Shown here in pieces: positions 8,726 through 18,175 of a stretch of 64,000 nucleotides of DNA. Made by a program: the position numbers and the translations under genes. Positions within the stretch are counted from its first letter, which is position 1. Each line of letters begins with the position of its first letter. The notes under the pieces were generated by a model. The model saw only the letters and a list, made by a program, of their open reading frames with translations. It did not search any database and was not told the origin of the DNA. This DNA is from an uncultured Actinomycetota bacterium (GTDB taxonomy: Bacteria > Actinomycetota > Aquicultoria > JACQXZ01 > CAYGBL01), in the NCBI GenBank assembly GCA_964348135.1, contig CAYGBL010000010.1, forward strand, positions 5,656-69,655, read 5' to 3'.

Positions 8726-9550
8726 CTATATCCCATACTGGTGAAACACACTAAGATATGAGACTGTAATAAATCGAATAAAAAGGATGCTGGCAAAACC
8801 AATTAAGGCAAGAATAGCGGTTCTGCGACCTCGCCATCCCCATAAATATCGCGCTGCTAAATAGAATGCATATACCATCCAGGTTGCTGTCGTATTTATT
8901 ACCAGGGGATCGAAGAACCAGTTCTCAACAAATTGTTCAGCTCTTATCACACCCGTAATTATGGTCATAGTAATGAAGGGTAAAGCAAAGACGATAGACT
9001 TGGCACCTAAATCATCCAGGACTCCCAGGGAAGGCAGGCGCCGAAAGAAAATGTTCACTGTTCGTTTCTTAAGCTGAGTCTCCTGTATTAGATAGAGAAT
9101 ACCTAGAGCAGCCGCTAACGTAAAACTCGCGTAGGCAACAAAAATAACAGAAACATGAAGAGCTATCCAAGAGCTTTGCACTATACCGCTTAGTTGTGTA
9201 GGTGCTCCATACTTTGACCAGGCAAAACCTAGAAGCACCAATGTTACAGGGAGGACTAAAGAACCTAGAACCTTCATTTGATAGAGCTGTTCAACCACTA
9301 TAAAGATAAGAACTACGAACCATGCGAAAAGGAATAATGACTCAAAGCCCCCTTCAATTGGAACATAACCTGCTGAATACCATCTCACTCCAAAAGCTGC
9401 CGTATGAAAAAAGAGACCAATTCCAGTAACAAAAGATGATATCTTGCTCATAAGCTGCTTTTTTGTAGTAAAGAAATACAGATACAGAATGAAAGCAGCT
9501 GCATACATCATAAAGGCAATCCAAAAATTAATAATGACGAACTTTTCCAA
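8726..9550 (-). CDS. cytochrome c assembly family membrane protein (HemX/YpjD/CcsA-like, no canonical WWD motif)
   Basis: Polytopic membrane protein with the C-terminal YLWGWRGRR motif typical of the hemA-linked HemX/CcsA family. Confidence 0.75.
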   Translation of the reverse strand: MEKFVIINFWIAFMMYAAAFILYLYFFTTKKQLMSKISSFVTGIGLFFHTAAFGVRWYSAGYVPIEGGFESLFLFAWFVVLIFIVVEQLYQMKVLGSLVLPVTLVLLGFAWSKYGAPTQLSGIVQSSWIALHVSVIFVAYASFTLAAALGILYLIQETQLKKRTVNIFFRRLPSLGVLDDLGAKSIVFALPFITMTIITGVIRAEQFVENWFFDPLVINTTATWMVYAFYLAARYLWGWRGRRTAILALIGFASILFIRFITVSYLSVFHQYGI

Positions 9551-9561
9551 AGTATTACTCC

Positions 9562-9726
9562 TTAGTTGGGCCTTTTTTCTTTCTTCTCCGCGAGGCGCGA
9601 AAGTAAGCCCACTTCCTTCTCTACTCGTGAGATTCTGGAGACTAAATACAAAACGTAACCAAATAAAATTGCCCAGATGCCCATATACGCCACGATTACG
9701 TAAGGATAGGCCTCTCCAAATTCCAT
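9562..9726 (-). CDS. ccmD: heme exporter protein D-like small membrane protein
   Basis: Manual translation gives MEFGEAYPYVIVAYMGIWAILFGYVLYLVSRISRVEKEVGLLSRLAEKKEKRPN (54 aa, below the ORF-track cutoff). It has a single TM followed by a basic tail and lies directly after ccmC. GGGGAG lies 9 nt upstream. Confidence 0.7.
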   Translation of the reverse strand: MEFGEAYPYVIVAYMGIWAILFGYVLYLVSRISRVEKEVGLLSRLAEKKEKRPN

Positions 9727-9731
9727 AGTTA

Positions 9732-10421
9732 TCAGCTCCCCAGTATATCTTTGAAATATTTTACTTCTTCTCTCATTCTCTCCAGTGAGCTTCTTAAAAT
9801 TAGCAGAACAACATAGAGACCTGTCATTCCAAACATGGAAATTATAAAACTAATCAGCATACTGGACTCCATGCTAGCCCCTGAACTGGTAAATACTATA
9901 GGATGAACAGAAGGAATAAGCCGTACGGCAAAAAAAGTAAGAGGCGCATTTACAGAAGCTACAATAGCATAAACAGCAGCATAACGTGCTCTTCGACTCT
10001 CTTCATCAACAGATGTTCTTAAAACAAAATAACCAGCGTAGACCAGAAGAAGCACCAGGTATGTTGTTAGCCGTGGTTCCCAAGCCCACCATGCACCCCA
10101 CTCGGTGCGTACCCAGATTACTCCTGTCCATTCAACCAGTATGCCGAATAAAAAACCTATCTCTACCGAAGCATGACTCAGGAATTCATACTTCTGCGCT
10201 TTGGTTACCAGAAAAAGAACGCCAAATATGGCAGCAAATAAGAAAGCAATCAAAGAAGTCTCAGCAACCGACGTATGGAAATAGAATATTTTTTGACTAA
10301 AGGCTCCGTGGGGTGTTTGAGTGGTTACTATCATAGGAGCAACCATAAAAGATCCATAGATGCCTGCTAAAATCAACAATCCCGAAGCTATACCTAAAAA
10401 TAATGAGAGCTTATATTTCAT
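9732..10421 (-). CDS. ccmC: heme exporter protein C (heme lyase component)
   Basis: WWD motif WGAWWAWEPRLTT with flanking His in FYFHTS and SVHPIV. Confidence 0.9.
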   Translation of the reverse strand: MKYKLSLFLGIASGLLILAGIYGSFMVAPMIVTTQTPHGAFSQKIFYFHTSVAETSLIAFLFAAIFGVLFLVTKAQKYEFLSHASVEIGFLFGILVEWTGVIWVRTEWGAWWAWEPRLTTYLVLLLVYAGYFVLRTSVDEESRRARYAAVYAIVASVNAPLTFFAVRLIPSVHPIVFTSSGASMESSMLISFIISMFGMTGLYVVLLILRSSLERMREEVKYFKDILGS

Positions 10422-10424
10422 CTC

Positions 10425-11108
10425 TCACTCCCCAATAACAAAATCGTAAAGACCGTAGCTGATAAGCAAAAATATAATATCATAAACACCTAAGAATTTC
10501 AGAGAGGATATGGCAAGATCAATCTTTTTTGCACCCGCCATAATTAGACCTGTTGAACTAACTGCCGCAATCAAAACTGGAATAATTATAGGCAAAAAAA
10601 GTATAGGAAGCATAAGATCACGCGTTTTAGTATTTATGGATATAGTCGAAAGAAGAGTACCCACAGAAGCTATACCAATATTGCTAAGAAAAATAGCAGC
10701 AATGAAAAGACCGACTCTGTCCAGATAGCTCGTCTTAATGAAAAATACCGAGAATACAGGTATGGTAACAACTTCAACTAAAGAAAGAAATATCAGATTT
10801 CCTAACATTTTCCCAAAATATATTACAGGACGGTCAGCGGGTGAAAGGAGTAATCCCTCGAGACAACCTTCATCCTTCTCGTGCACAAAAGAACGATTAA
10901 GCCCTAACATTGATGCAAAAAGAAAAGCCAACCAAAGCAGTCCTCCCCCAAAAGCAGTCAAGTCTGTGGTTTCAGCTCCAAAGGCATAATTGAAGATAAC
11001 CATAGTGAGCATCACAAAAAGAAACATAGAGATTATCATCTCTTTGGTGCGCAATTCCATAATTATGTCTTTTCGTAGAATAGCCATCACTTGTTTAAGA
11101 AAAACCAT
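10425..11108 (-). CDS. ccmB: heme exporter ABC permease
   Basis: A 6-TM protein located between ccmA and ccmC, with a CcmB-like sequence (FxxEKDEGCLEGLLLSP). Confidence 0.85.
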   Translation of the reverse strand: MVFLKQVMAILRKDIIMELRTKEMIISMFLFVMLTMVIFNYAFGAETTDLTAFGGGLLWLAFLFASMLGLNRSFVHEKDEGCLEGLLLSPADRPVIYFGKMLGNLIFLSLVEVVTIPVFSVFFIKTSYLDRVGLFIAAIFLSNIGIASVGTLLSTISINTKTRDLMLPILFLPIIIPVLIAAVSSTGLIMAGAKKIDLAISSLKFLGVYDIIFLLISYGLYDFVIGE

Positions 11109-11142
11109 TTGCTCTCAATTTCCCAGTATAAATTGCCAGTTA

Positions 11143-11221
11143 AGTCTCAAAGCCTCATGCCTCAATGCACCAGAATATTCTGTAGCTTTGTAGCTTTGCG
11201 TCTCTGTGGCTTCTTTTATTC
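11143..11221 (-). repeat. intercistronic repeat family D (ccmA to ccmB spacer)
   Basis: It contains agcctcatgcctca (11150-11163, identical to 6494-6507) and the 8-nt units gtagcttt gtagcttt gcgtctct gtggcttc. Confidence 0.7.
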
Positions 11222-11929
11222 TTATATTTCTCCTTTAACTTTCTGCTGATATATTTGTTGAAATGCTTCAGTATCTATGCTCTCCTTATTCTGTTGAAAG
11301 ATAATCTTTCCTTCGTCCAAAATCATTGCTGAACTACAAAGTGAAAGCCCTTTTGATAGATTGTGTGTCACCATAATAAAAGTATGGTCAGCTCTGATCT
11401 GTTCCAATAAGCCATCAAGAATTTCTACTGCGTGAGGATCCAATCCACTGTGAGGTTCATCAAGAAAGAGAATAGAGGGTTGGTGAAGAAGGGCTCTGGC
11501 AATTGACAACCGCTGTAACATTCCTCTGGAAAAGGTTCGCACTAGATCATACCTGCGGTGGGAGAGCTCAACCCTTTCCAGAAGATAATCTATCCTATCC
11601 TCAAAGCTTGGTGCCTGATACATACTGGCGTAGAATCTTAAATTCTCATATGCTGTAAGATCAGGATAGAGCAGAGGATAATGCGATATGAAACCAATTT
11701 TTTTTCTTGCTCCTACAGAATCTTCCTCCAGCGAAGTACCTGCTACAATAACCTTACCGCTAGATGGCGCAACGAGTGTAGACAGAATTTTAAGAAGGGT
11801 AGTTTTCCCTGCACCATTGGGACCAAAAACGCTGAGAAAGCCACCCTTGCTTACCTGGAAAGAAACATCTTTAAGGACTTTTCTCTTTCCAAAAGATTTG
11901 TTGAGTTTCTCAACTTCAATTTCAACCAT
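11222..11929 (-). CDS. ccmA: heme exporter ABC ATPase
   Basis: Walker A GPNGAGKTT, signature FSRGMLQRL, Walker B ILFLDEP. Confidence 0.9.
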   Translation of the reverse strand: MVEIEVEKLNKSFGKRKVLKDVSFQVSKGGFLSVFGPNGAGKTTLLKILSTLVAPSSGKVIVAGTSLEEDSVGARKKIGFISHYPLLYPDLTAYENLRFYASMYQAPSFEDRIDYLLERVELSHRRYDLVRTFSRGMLQRLSIARALLHQPSILFLDEPHSGLDPHAVEILDGLLEQIRADHTFIMVTHNLSKGLSLCSSAMILDEGKIIFQQNKESIDTEAFQQIYQQKVKGEI

Positions 11930-11933
11930 CTTT

Positions 11934-13943
11934 TCACGTTGCCTCTTGTTTCGCTTCCACTTCCTTTCTCACAGGTAAAAGGGCAATGATGCTTCCTAAC
12001 ACTACAATAAGGCTTCCTACCCAAACCCAGGATATAAGAGGATTTATAAAAGTGCTCATAACCAGTTTGTTATTTGAGTCCACTCCTTCAAAAATAACAA
12101 AAATGTCCCTAAAGAGTTCGTATCTTATGTCCACTTCCCGGGTTGACTGATTCTGCAACTGATAAAATACTACTCTTGGCTTAATAGTAGCTACATACTG
12201 TTGACCACCTCTTTTGTAGATATCAAAGATGGCGCCATAAAGTTCCCGATTGGGAGCAGAACCTACATCTACTCTGCGAAAACTTAAAGCAAGATCGCCA
12301 GCTTCGAAAAAGGATCCGGGTGCATTGTTTACACGATTTTTAACGTTGAGAACAAACATAGTAGAGCCTATTAGTCCTATTACTATTATGGCAACACCCA
12401 GATGCGTTAAAAACCCACCGCCCGTACCGGGGCTATAGCGAAAAATGTGGAGAAGCCCAGAGAAAAATCCGGCCTCCATTCTTTCTGCCCTCCGTCTTGC
12501 TGTGGTTATAATGAGCTGGATTACTGCGGCCAGAGAAAAGATGGCAATCAACCAGCCTATGTATCCCAGAACTGCAGGTCTTCTTGCAGAATCAGCGGCT
12601 TTAAGTACTAGTTCCTGATTTCGCCAGTAAAAAAAGAGAGGGACGGCTGCAATGACAGCAGCACCCGTGGGGATAGTTATTTTCTGCACAAGTTTGCCGG
12701 CTTCCGTCCTTCTCCAATTTAATAGAGGACAGAGAGTAAGGATAAGAATATAGACCAGACCTATTGGTGGAGCCAACCTATTATAGAACTCAGGACCCAT
12801 ACGTAGTCCTGTAAAGGAAGGTAATATAGTAGCAATAAGTACAATGGCTGCAGAGATAACCAGGATAAGATTACTCAGATAATAGGTAAACTCCCGGGAA
12901 AGGATTGACTCAAACCCCTCATCTGCTTCAAAGAGTTTGCGTCTGGAATAAAGAAGTCCAAATCCACCAAAGATTATAAGCGCCATAAAGAAGCCAAATA
13001 TACCGGTAAATACGAGATTTCTTTGAAAAGCGTGAACTGACTGGATTAGGCCCGAACGAGTAATGAAAGTTGCTACAATAGTGAGCCAGAAAGAGATAAT
13101 AGCTAGACCAATAGACCAGGATTTAAAACTTCCTCTATGCCGATATGCTGTGAAGGAATGCAGCAGAGCTGTCCCCGTAAGCCAGGGAAGAAGTGAAGCA
13201 TTCTCTACCGGATCCCAACCCCAGTATCCACCCCAGCCAAGAACAACGTAGGCCCAAAGAGCACCAAGAAAAATACCAATAGTCACAAATAACCACGCAA
13301 AGATAGTCCATCTCCGACAGAGATGAACCCAGGTAGCATCAGCCTTCTTCGCAAGAAGAGCTGCAATTGCATAGGCGAAAGGCACAGTCAAACCTGCATT
13401 ACCTAGAAAAACAGTGGGGGGATGAAGAATCATTGCCCAGTGAAGCAGCAAAGGATTTATACCTCTTCCTGCAGCTGCAAATGGTGGCGCTGCCTTAAAG
13501 GGATCAGCCGCCAAAACCAGAACGGCCAGGAAGAAAAATTGAACCGCATTTATCACAAGCAGTACATACGTGGACATTATATCCGGTTGTTTCTGCTTGC
13601 GGTAAGCTATAATCGCTGCTATAGTTGCAGTCATCCATAGCCAGAGGAGAAGCGACCCTTCATGACCTGCCCAGAAAGCAGATATACGATAAACAAGCGC
13701 CATATCGGCGCTTGAATGGTTAGCTACATATTCAAAGCTGAAATCTTTTGCAATAAAAGCTGCAAGGAGAACTGAACTCGACAGAGATATGGTTATAAAA
13801 AGCCAGATTAGACCCCAGTAGGAGTTTCGCAAATTGGCTTGTCTCTGCTTCCCTTGTGTACTCAGGGCATAGATCATAAAAACCAGGTAGAAGGCAGATA
13901 TTAGAGCAGAAACTACCAGGAACAGCTTACCCAGAATTATCAT
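11934..13943 (-). CDS. ccmF: cytochrome c-type biogenesis protein CcmF (heme lyase)
   Basis: A 669-aa polytopic protein with the WWD motif WGGYWGWDPVENAS. Confidence 0.92.
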   Translation of the reverse strand: MIILGKLFLVVSALISAFYLVFMIYALSTQGKQRQANLRNSYWGLIWLFITISLSSSVLLAAFIAKDFSFEYVANHSSADMALVYRISAFWAGHEGSLLLWLWMTATIAAIIAYRKQKQPDIMSTYVLLVINAVQFFFLAVLVLAADPFKAAPPFAAAGRGINPLLLHWAMILHPPTVFLGNAGLTVPFAYAIAALLAKKADATWVHLCRRWTIFAWLFVTIGIFLGALWAYVVLGWGGYWGWDPVENASLLPWLTGTALLHSFTAYRHRGSFKSWSIGLAIISFWLTIVATFITRSGLIQSVHAFQRNLVFTGIFGFFMALIIFGGFGLLYSRRKLFEADEGFESILSREFTYYLSNLILVISAAIVLIATILPSFTGLRMGPEFYNRLAPPIGLVYILILTLCPLLNWRRTEAGKLVQKITIPTGAAVIAAVPLFFYWRNQELVLKAADSARRPAVLGYIGWLIAIFSLAAVIQLIITTARRRAERMEAGFFSGLLHIFRYSPGTGGGFLTHLGVAIIVIGLIGSTMFVLNVKNRVNNAPGSFFEAGDLALSFRRVDVGSAPNRELYGAIFDIYKRGGQQYVATIKPRVVFYQLQNQSTREVDIRYELFRDIFVIFEGVDSNNKLVMSTFINPLISWVWVGSLIVVLGSIIALLPVRKEVEAKQEAT

Positions 13944-13953
13944 GCGATAGGCC

Positions 13954-14352
13954 TCACTTCTTCTCTTCTGACTGATATTTGGTAGGACATTTAGTTATTA
14001 TCTTCTTTGCATCCAGCTGCGAGTCTGAATTGTAGATGCCTTCAGCAACTACCTGTATTCCTTCTCCAAAAGTTTGAGGCATAACTCCATTGTAGTTTAT
14101 CTGCATAGTCTTTGCCTTGTCTGAGATAAGGAAATGATAGCCTTTTGTATCTTGCTTGAGTGAATCTTTTACAACAATCCCCCCTACTCTTACGGGAACC
14201 CCAATTAACGACGGATCGCTCTGGAGTTCGCTCACAGTCTTATAGTACGAATATGTGCCGATGGACGACTGATAAAGCAGAAATCCAACTACCACAAGTA
14301 AAATAACAGTAATAATTATTAATCGATTTCTGCTCCTTTTATTTATCGCCAA
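13954..14352 (-). CDS. ccmE: heme chaperone CcmE, Cys-type (CxxxY) variant
   Basis: N-terminal anchor plus OB-fold (VRVGGIV). The heme-binding position reads KCPTKY instead of HDENY. Confidence 0.88.
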   Translation of the reverse strand: MAINKRSRNRLIIITVILLVVVGFLLYQSSIGTYSYYKTVSELQSDPSLIGVPVRVGGIVVKDSLKQDTKGYHFLISDKAKTMQINYNGVMPQTFGEGIQVVAEGIYNSDSQLDAKKIITKCPTKYQSEEKK

Positions 14353-14678
14353 AGGAAATCCACCTCCCGTAAAATCATTAAAAAAATACTCCTCGGCATG
14401 AGTTTGGAAAGGAGCACTCTGTTCACATCAAAACTATGCAACGCACTGCTACCAGCCTGAACGTTCTCATATTACCAAATAATGGTGGTGCTGGCAATAT
14501 CGATCCATACCTCAAATTTACGATATCTATATTGTAATATGCATGTAAGATTTTATTTCGCAAGGAAGGTACCTTCCGTTTTTCAGATACGCACAGGTTC
14601 CATCCCCAAAAACATGCGTTTGACTTGCAAACATACCTTTTACTGCTCCGCTCAAAACCTAAATTATGGTAAACTAAT

Positions 14679-15350
14679 ATGCACACCTGTCTTAGAAACT
14701 ATTGTTCAAGAAGCATGGAAAAAAGACCTTTTTTCCTCAACCATAAAAATAACATTATTATTCTGGCAGCAATTGTCTTGGCCATAGCGGTTGCTTTATT
14801 CTCTCCACCAGAGAAAACACTTGGAAATATTGCGAAGTTTATCTATTTACATGGAGCTCTAAGCTGGGTGGGAATCCTAGTCTTTACCCTAGCTGGTCTT
14901 TTAGGAGCTGCATTTATGCTTTTTAAGAGATACAACATTTTTGTCTATTCCCGTGCTTTTGAAAAAACTGCTATTTTACTGTGGTTCATTCACTTTCTGA
15001 TGGGAATTGCCTCTATGCAGATTGCATGGGGAGGGATCTTCTGGCAAGAACCGAGGTTCCTAACTGCTGCTCTTATTCTTCTTGCCTCCGTTGCTCTTTA
15101 TACCACTGCACATTTAACGGACAAATTTCTTATCAGTGCAGGTCTGTACTTTGCTAACGCTGTAGTTGTTTGGATCCTCCTTTCAAATACTGAACGTGTT
15201 TTTCATCCTGCAAATCCTATAATGGGAGGACGTTCACTCAATATTAAACTCTATGCCGGGATCATTACTATCTTTCTCTTCATTGCTGCACTTGGTATTG
15301 CCCAAAATTTCAAACAGCAAATGGTTGCTCATTCTGAACTCAAAAAGTAA
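14679..15350 (+). CDS. divergent CcmC-like heme-handling membrane protein (start may be ATG 14715)
   Basis: Six predicted TMs, a degenerate WWD-like motif AWGGIFWQEPRF, and His residues in YLHGALSW and RVFHPANP at positions analogous to the CcmC axial His residues. Confidence 0.6.
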   Translation: MHTCLRNYCSRSMEKRPFFLNHKNNIIILAAIVLAIAVALFSPPEKTLGNIAKFIYLHGALSWVGILVFTLAGLLGAAFMLFKRYNIFVYSRAFEKTAILLWFIHFLMGIASMQIAWGGIFWQEPRFLTAALILLASVALYTTAHLTDKFLISAGLYFANAVVVWILLSNTERVFHPANPIMGGRSLNIKLYAGIITIFLFIAALGIAQNFKQQMVAHSELKK

Positions 15351-15353
15351 TTC

Positions 15354-15839
15354 TTAATGACCCTGGTGTTCAGTTTTACCCTGAATAGTTTCTACGGCAT
15401 GAGGTAGAGCTGGAAGAATAACATTCAGACTCTCGCGCACCGCCTTTTCGCTTCCAGGAAGATTTATAATTAAAGCATTAGCCCGTAAACCACTTATTGC
15501 CCTTGAAAGCATTGCAAAGGGAGTAATCCTCATGCTCTCCGACCTCACAGCTTCACTAAAACCAGGTGCTAAGCGTTCAATCACATCCCGCGTTGCTTCA
15601 GGAGTTACATCACGGGGAGACAGACCTGTTCCCCCTGTTGTCAATACTATGTCCACTTTGAGATTGTCGCAAAAATCAATAAGCTCTTTTTTAATCATAT
15701 CCTTTTCATCTGGAACTATTTTATGAGCAACTATCTCAGCACCTGCCTCTTCCATTATACTGCGGATTGCTTTCCCGCTTTCGTCCCTACGTTCTCCTTT
15801 AGAACCTTTATCGCTTACTGTAAGGATTGCGATTTTCAT
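15354..15839 (-). CDS. mogA: MogA/MoaB family molybdopterin adenylyltransferase
   Basis: ILTVSDKGS...TTGGTGLSPRDVTPEAT signature. Confidence 0.9.
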   Translation of the reverse strand: MKIAILTVSDKGSKGERRDESGKAIRSIMEEAGAEIVAHKIVPDEKDMIKKELIDFCDNLKVDIVLTTGGTGLSPRDVTPEATRDVIERLAPGFSEAVRSESMRITPFAMLSRAISGLRANALIINLPGSEKAVRESLNVILPALPHAVETIQGKTEHQGH

Positions 15840-15847
15840 TACTCACC

Positions 15848-15938
15848 TCTGGTCTAGAATGGGCTTCAAAGCTACAAGCCCCGGGCCTCAGAAAGTTCAT
15901 ATAGACTTTGTGGCTGTCAAGCTCTGAGGCTTTGTGGC
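15848..15938 (-). repeat. intercistronic repeat family D (MOSC to mogA spacer)
   Basis: caaagctacaag is the reverse complement of cttgtagctttg-type units seen at 11181-11196. gcctcaga and tctgaggc are inverted arms. ctttgtggct resembles ctctgtggct at 11201. Confidence 0.6.
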
Positions 15939-16541
15939 CTAACCTTTCATACGTACAACTCTTATTTCATCTCCCACTTTAACTCTTCCTCCCTTGAGCA
16001 CTTTTGCAAAGATCCCCTCACGCGGCATCACACAGTCACCAGCCTGATAGTATATAGCACACCGTGTGTGGCACTCCTTTCCTATCTGGCTCACTTCCAA
16101 AACCACATCATCACCAATAGTTATCGTTGTACCTATAGGGAGGCTGATAAGATCAACACCTTTTGTGGTTATATTCTCTGCAAAATCTCCCGGGCCTACC
16201 TTGAGCCCAAGTTTGCGCATCTTTTCTATACTCTCTTCCGCAAGCAAGCTTACTTGCCGGTGCCAATCTCCAGCATGAGCATCTCCTTCTAACCCCCTGT
16301 TCTCCAGAATGCTACAGTTGCCTACATTTCTCTTCCGTACGGTCTTTCGCTCACTTATATTTACAGAGATAACCACAGGGTTCGAGGTTCGAGGTTCAAG
16401 GTTCTTTTCATTTTCGACTTTAGACTGCCGACTGCCGACTGCCGACTGCTTACCTTTTGCCTTTAATCCGTGACCTGTGACGTGTGGTTTCTGTCTTTTG
16501 CCTTGAGCCTTGAGCTTTGAGCTTTGAGCGTTCTTTTTCAT
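15939..16541 (-). CDS. MOSC domain protein with a repeat-encoded K/Q/S-rich N-terminal tail
   Basis: The C-terminal ~145 aa is a MOSC fold (GLEGDAHAG...VSLL...[10 protein letters not shown]). ATG 16541 follows AAGGAGG with a 4-nt spacer and overlaps the moaC stop (ATGA). Confidence 0.85.
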   Translation of the reverse strand: MKKNAQSSKLKAQGKRQKPHVTGHGLKAKGKQSAVGSRQSKVENEKNLEPRTSNPVVISVNISERKTVRKRNVGNCSILENRGLEGDAHAGDWHRQVSLLAEESIEKMRKLGLKVGPGDFAENITTKGVDLISLPIGTTITIGDDVVLEVSQIGKECHTRCAIYYQAGDCVMPREGIFAKVLKGGRVKVGDEIRVVRMKG

Positions 16542-17137
16542 TTGTCCTCCTTCCTCACAAACTCCCCGCTTTTACCTCCGCTTTTCTTTATTAACCTGAT
16601 ATCCGTGATAGTTATTCCCCTATCAACCGCTTTACACATATCATAAATGGTTAAACCAGCAACGGAAACAGCAGTCAAAGCTTCCATTTCAACACCAGTT
16701 GCTGCCTTGGTGCGGACAATTGCCTCAATTTCAATACTATTTTTTTGGTCATCTATATAAAAATTCATATCAATACGGGTAATAGGAAGGGGGTGACACA
16801 TAGGAATTAGATCCCATGTCTTTTTAGCAGCCATGATACCTGCAATTTGAGCTACAGCCAAGACATCTCCCTTTTTGACTTTTCCTTCCTTTATCAGTGC
16901 AAGAGTTTCTGCTTTCATAAACACCCTTGCTTTTGCAACCGCCTCCCGAAGTGTCTCTTTTTTCTCGCTCACATCAACCATTCTTGCTCTTCCCTGTTCC
17001 CCAAAGTGCGTCAACCCTCTTTCTTGTGGCTTGTCGCTTGAGTCTTGGGGTTTCCCTTCTTGACTGTCGACTCCCGACTGCCGACTGCCCACTTGCTTTC
17101 CGTCCTGACTCCTGACTCTTGACTCCTGACTATTCAT
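16538..17137 (-). CDS. moaC: cyclic pyranopterin monophosphate synthase with a repeat-encoded N-terminal tail
   Basis: The core [18 protein letters not shown]...MCHPL...[18 protein letters not shown] is typical MoaC. ATG 17137 follows GGAGG with a 5-nt spacer, 1 nt after the moaA stop. The track start at 17149 is a TTG. Confidence 0.88.
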   Translation of the reverse strand: MNSQESRVRSQDGKQVGSRQSGVDSQEGKPQDSSDKPQERGLTHFGEQGRARMVDVSEKKETLREAVAKARVFMKAETLALIKEGKVKKGDVLAVAQIAGIMAAKKTWDLIPMCHPLPITRIDMNFYIDDQKNSIEIEAIVRTKAATGVEMEALTAVSVAGLTIYDMCKAVDRGITITDIRLIKKSGGKSGEFVRKEDK

Positions 17138-17138
17138 C

Positions 17139-18116
17139 TCATCCTCCAATCTGGAACATTCCCCTTTTGAGCTTTATTGCAGCTAACGACTCCCGCTGCT
17201 TGGGTTTGCTAAGCAAAATATTTTTTATAAATTCCTTTATCTTCTCCTTGCGGGGATCCTCTCTAAGAAGTGCCCTCACATCTATTTCCTCTTCAGAGAA
17301 AAGACAAACTTTTAACTTACCATCAGCTGTTAAGCGCAGTCTATTACAGGAATCACAGAAATGCCGGCTGATGGGTGATATAAAACCGATTGTACCCAGC
17401 GCATCGCTCATATAGAAATATTTTGCCGGGCCAGCACCAATTGGGGGATCAGCAGGCTCCAGTTTTCCCAGTTTCTCTATCCTATCTTTCATCTCTTCAC
17501 AAGAAACAAAGGTTTTAGGATCAATTTCTTTATTAAAGGGCATGTGTTCAATAAACCTTATATGCACTGGAAACTCCCTAATTAAATCGGCAAATGGCTT
17601 GAAATCATCATTTATCCTTCTCAAAATAACTACATTAATCTTCACTGGATTGAAACCAACCGCTAGGGCCTTCTTTACTCCCTGCATAACTATTTTAAGA
17701 TCTCCGCAGCGGGTAAGATTCCTATAGACATCAAGGTCAAGTGAATCAATGCTAATGTTTACTCTCGTAAGTCCTGCCCGGGCAAGAGCTGAGGCATAGT
17801 TTTTCAACAAAATTCCATTTGTGGTAAGGGAAAGATCTCGTAAGCCCTGAATCCTGCATAGGCTCTTAACCAAGCCTACCACATCTTTACGTATCAGAGG
17901 TTCTCCTCCAGTAAGTCTTATACGAGAAATTCCTGTTTCTATTGCTGCCTCAGCAAAAAGAAGTATCTCTTCGTAAGTAAGTATCTCCTCGTGAGGTTTC
18001 CACTTTACACCTTGAGGAGGCATACAGTAGAGACAGCGTAGATTGCATCTATCAGTGATAGATATGCGCAAGTAATCTATTATGCGATTGTGTTTATCAA
18101 TAAGTTCAACCATCAT
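17139..18116 (-). CDS. moaA: GTP 3',8-cyclase (radical SAM)
   Basis: [20 protein letters not shown] cluster motif and the C-terminal second cluster [15 protein letters not shown]. Confidence 0.95.
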   Translation of the reverse strand: MMVELIDKHNRIIDYLRISITDRCNLRCLYCMPPQGVKWKPHEEILTYEEILLFAEAAIETGISRIRLTGGEPLIRKDVVGLVKSLCRIQGLRDLSLTTNGILLKNYASALARAGLTRVNISIDSLDLDVYRNLTRCGDLKIVMQGVKKALAVGFNPVKINVVILRRINDDFKPFADLIREFPVHIRFIEHMPFNKEIDPKTFVSCEEMKDRIEKLGKLEPADPPIGAGPAKYFYMSDALGTIGFISPISRHFCDSCNRLRLTADGKLKVCLFSEEEIDVRALLREDPRKEKIKEFIKNILLSKPKQRESLAAIKLKRGMFQIGG

Positions 18117-18175
18117 GTCTCCATTTCACCTGGCTACCTGGTCGCCCGGATTCCTGGAATCTAGCCCCAAAGGGG

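Noticed and set aside
14423-14787. Two overlapping small ORFs, and the GGAAGGTACCTTCC palindrome plus T-run (14564-14583), in the ccmE upstream region
   Set aside because: The ORFs lack an RBS and any family resemblance. The palindrome gives only a 5-bp stem and has no upstream plus-strand gene to terminate. This is most simply promoter or leader DNA for the divergent genes.
16379-17131. Possible CRISPR array suggested by the dense short repeats
   Set aside because: The units are 7 nt and directly abutting, with no unique spacers of 25-40 nt. No cas genes are present, and the arrays lie inside operon junctions or ORFs.
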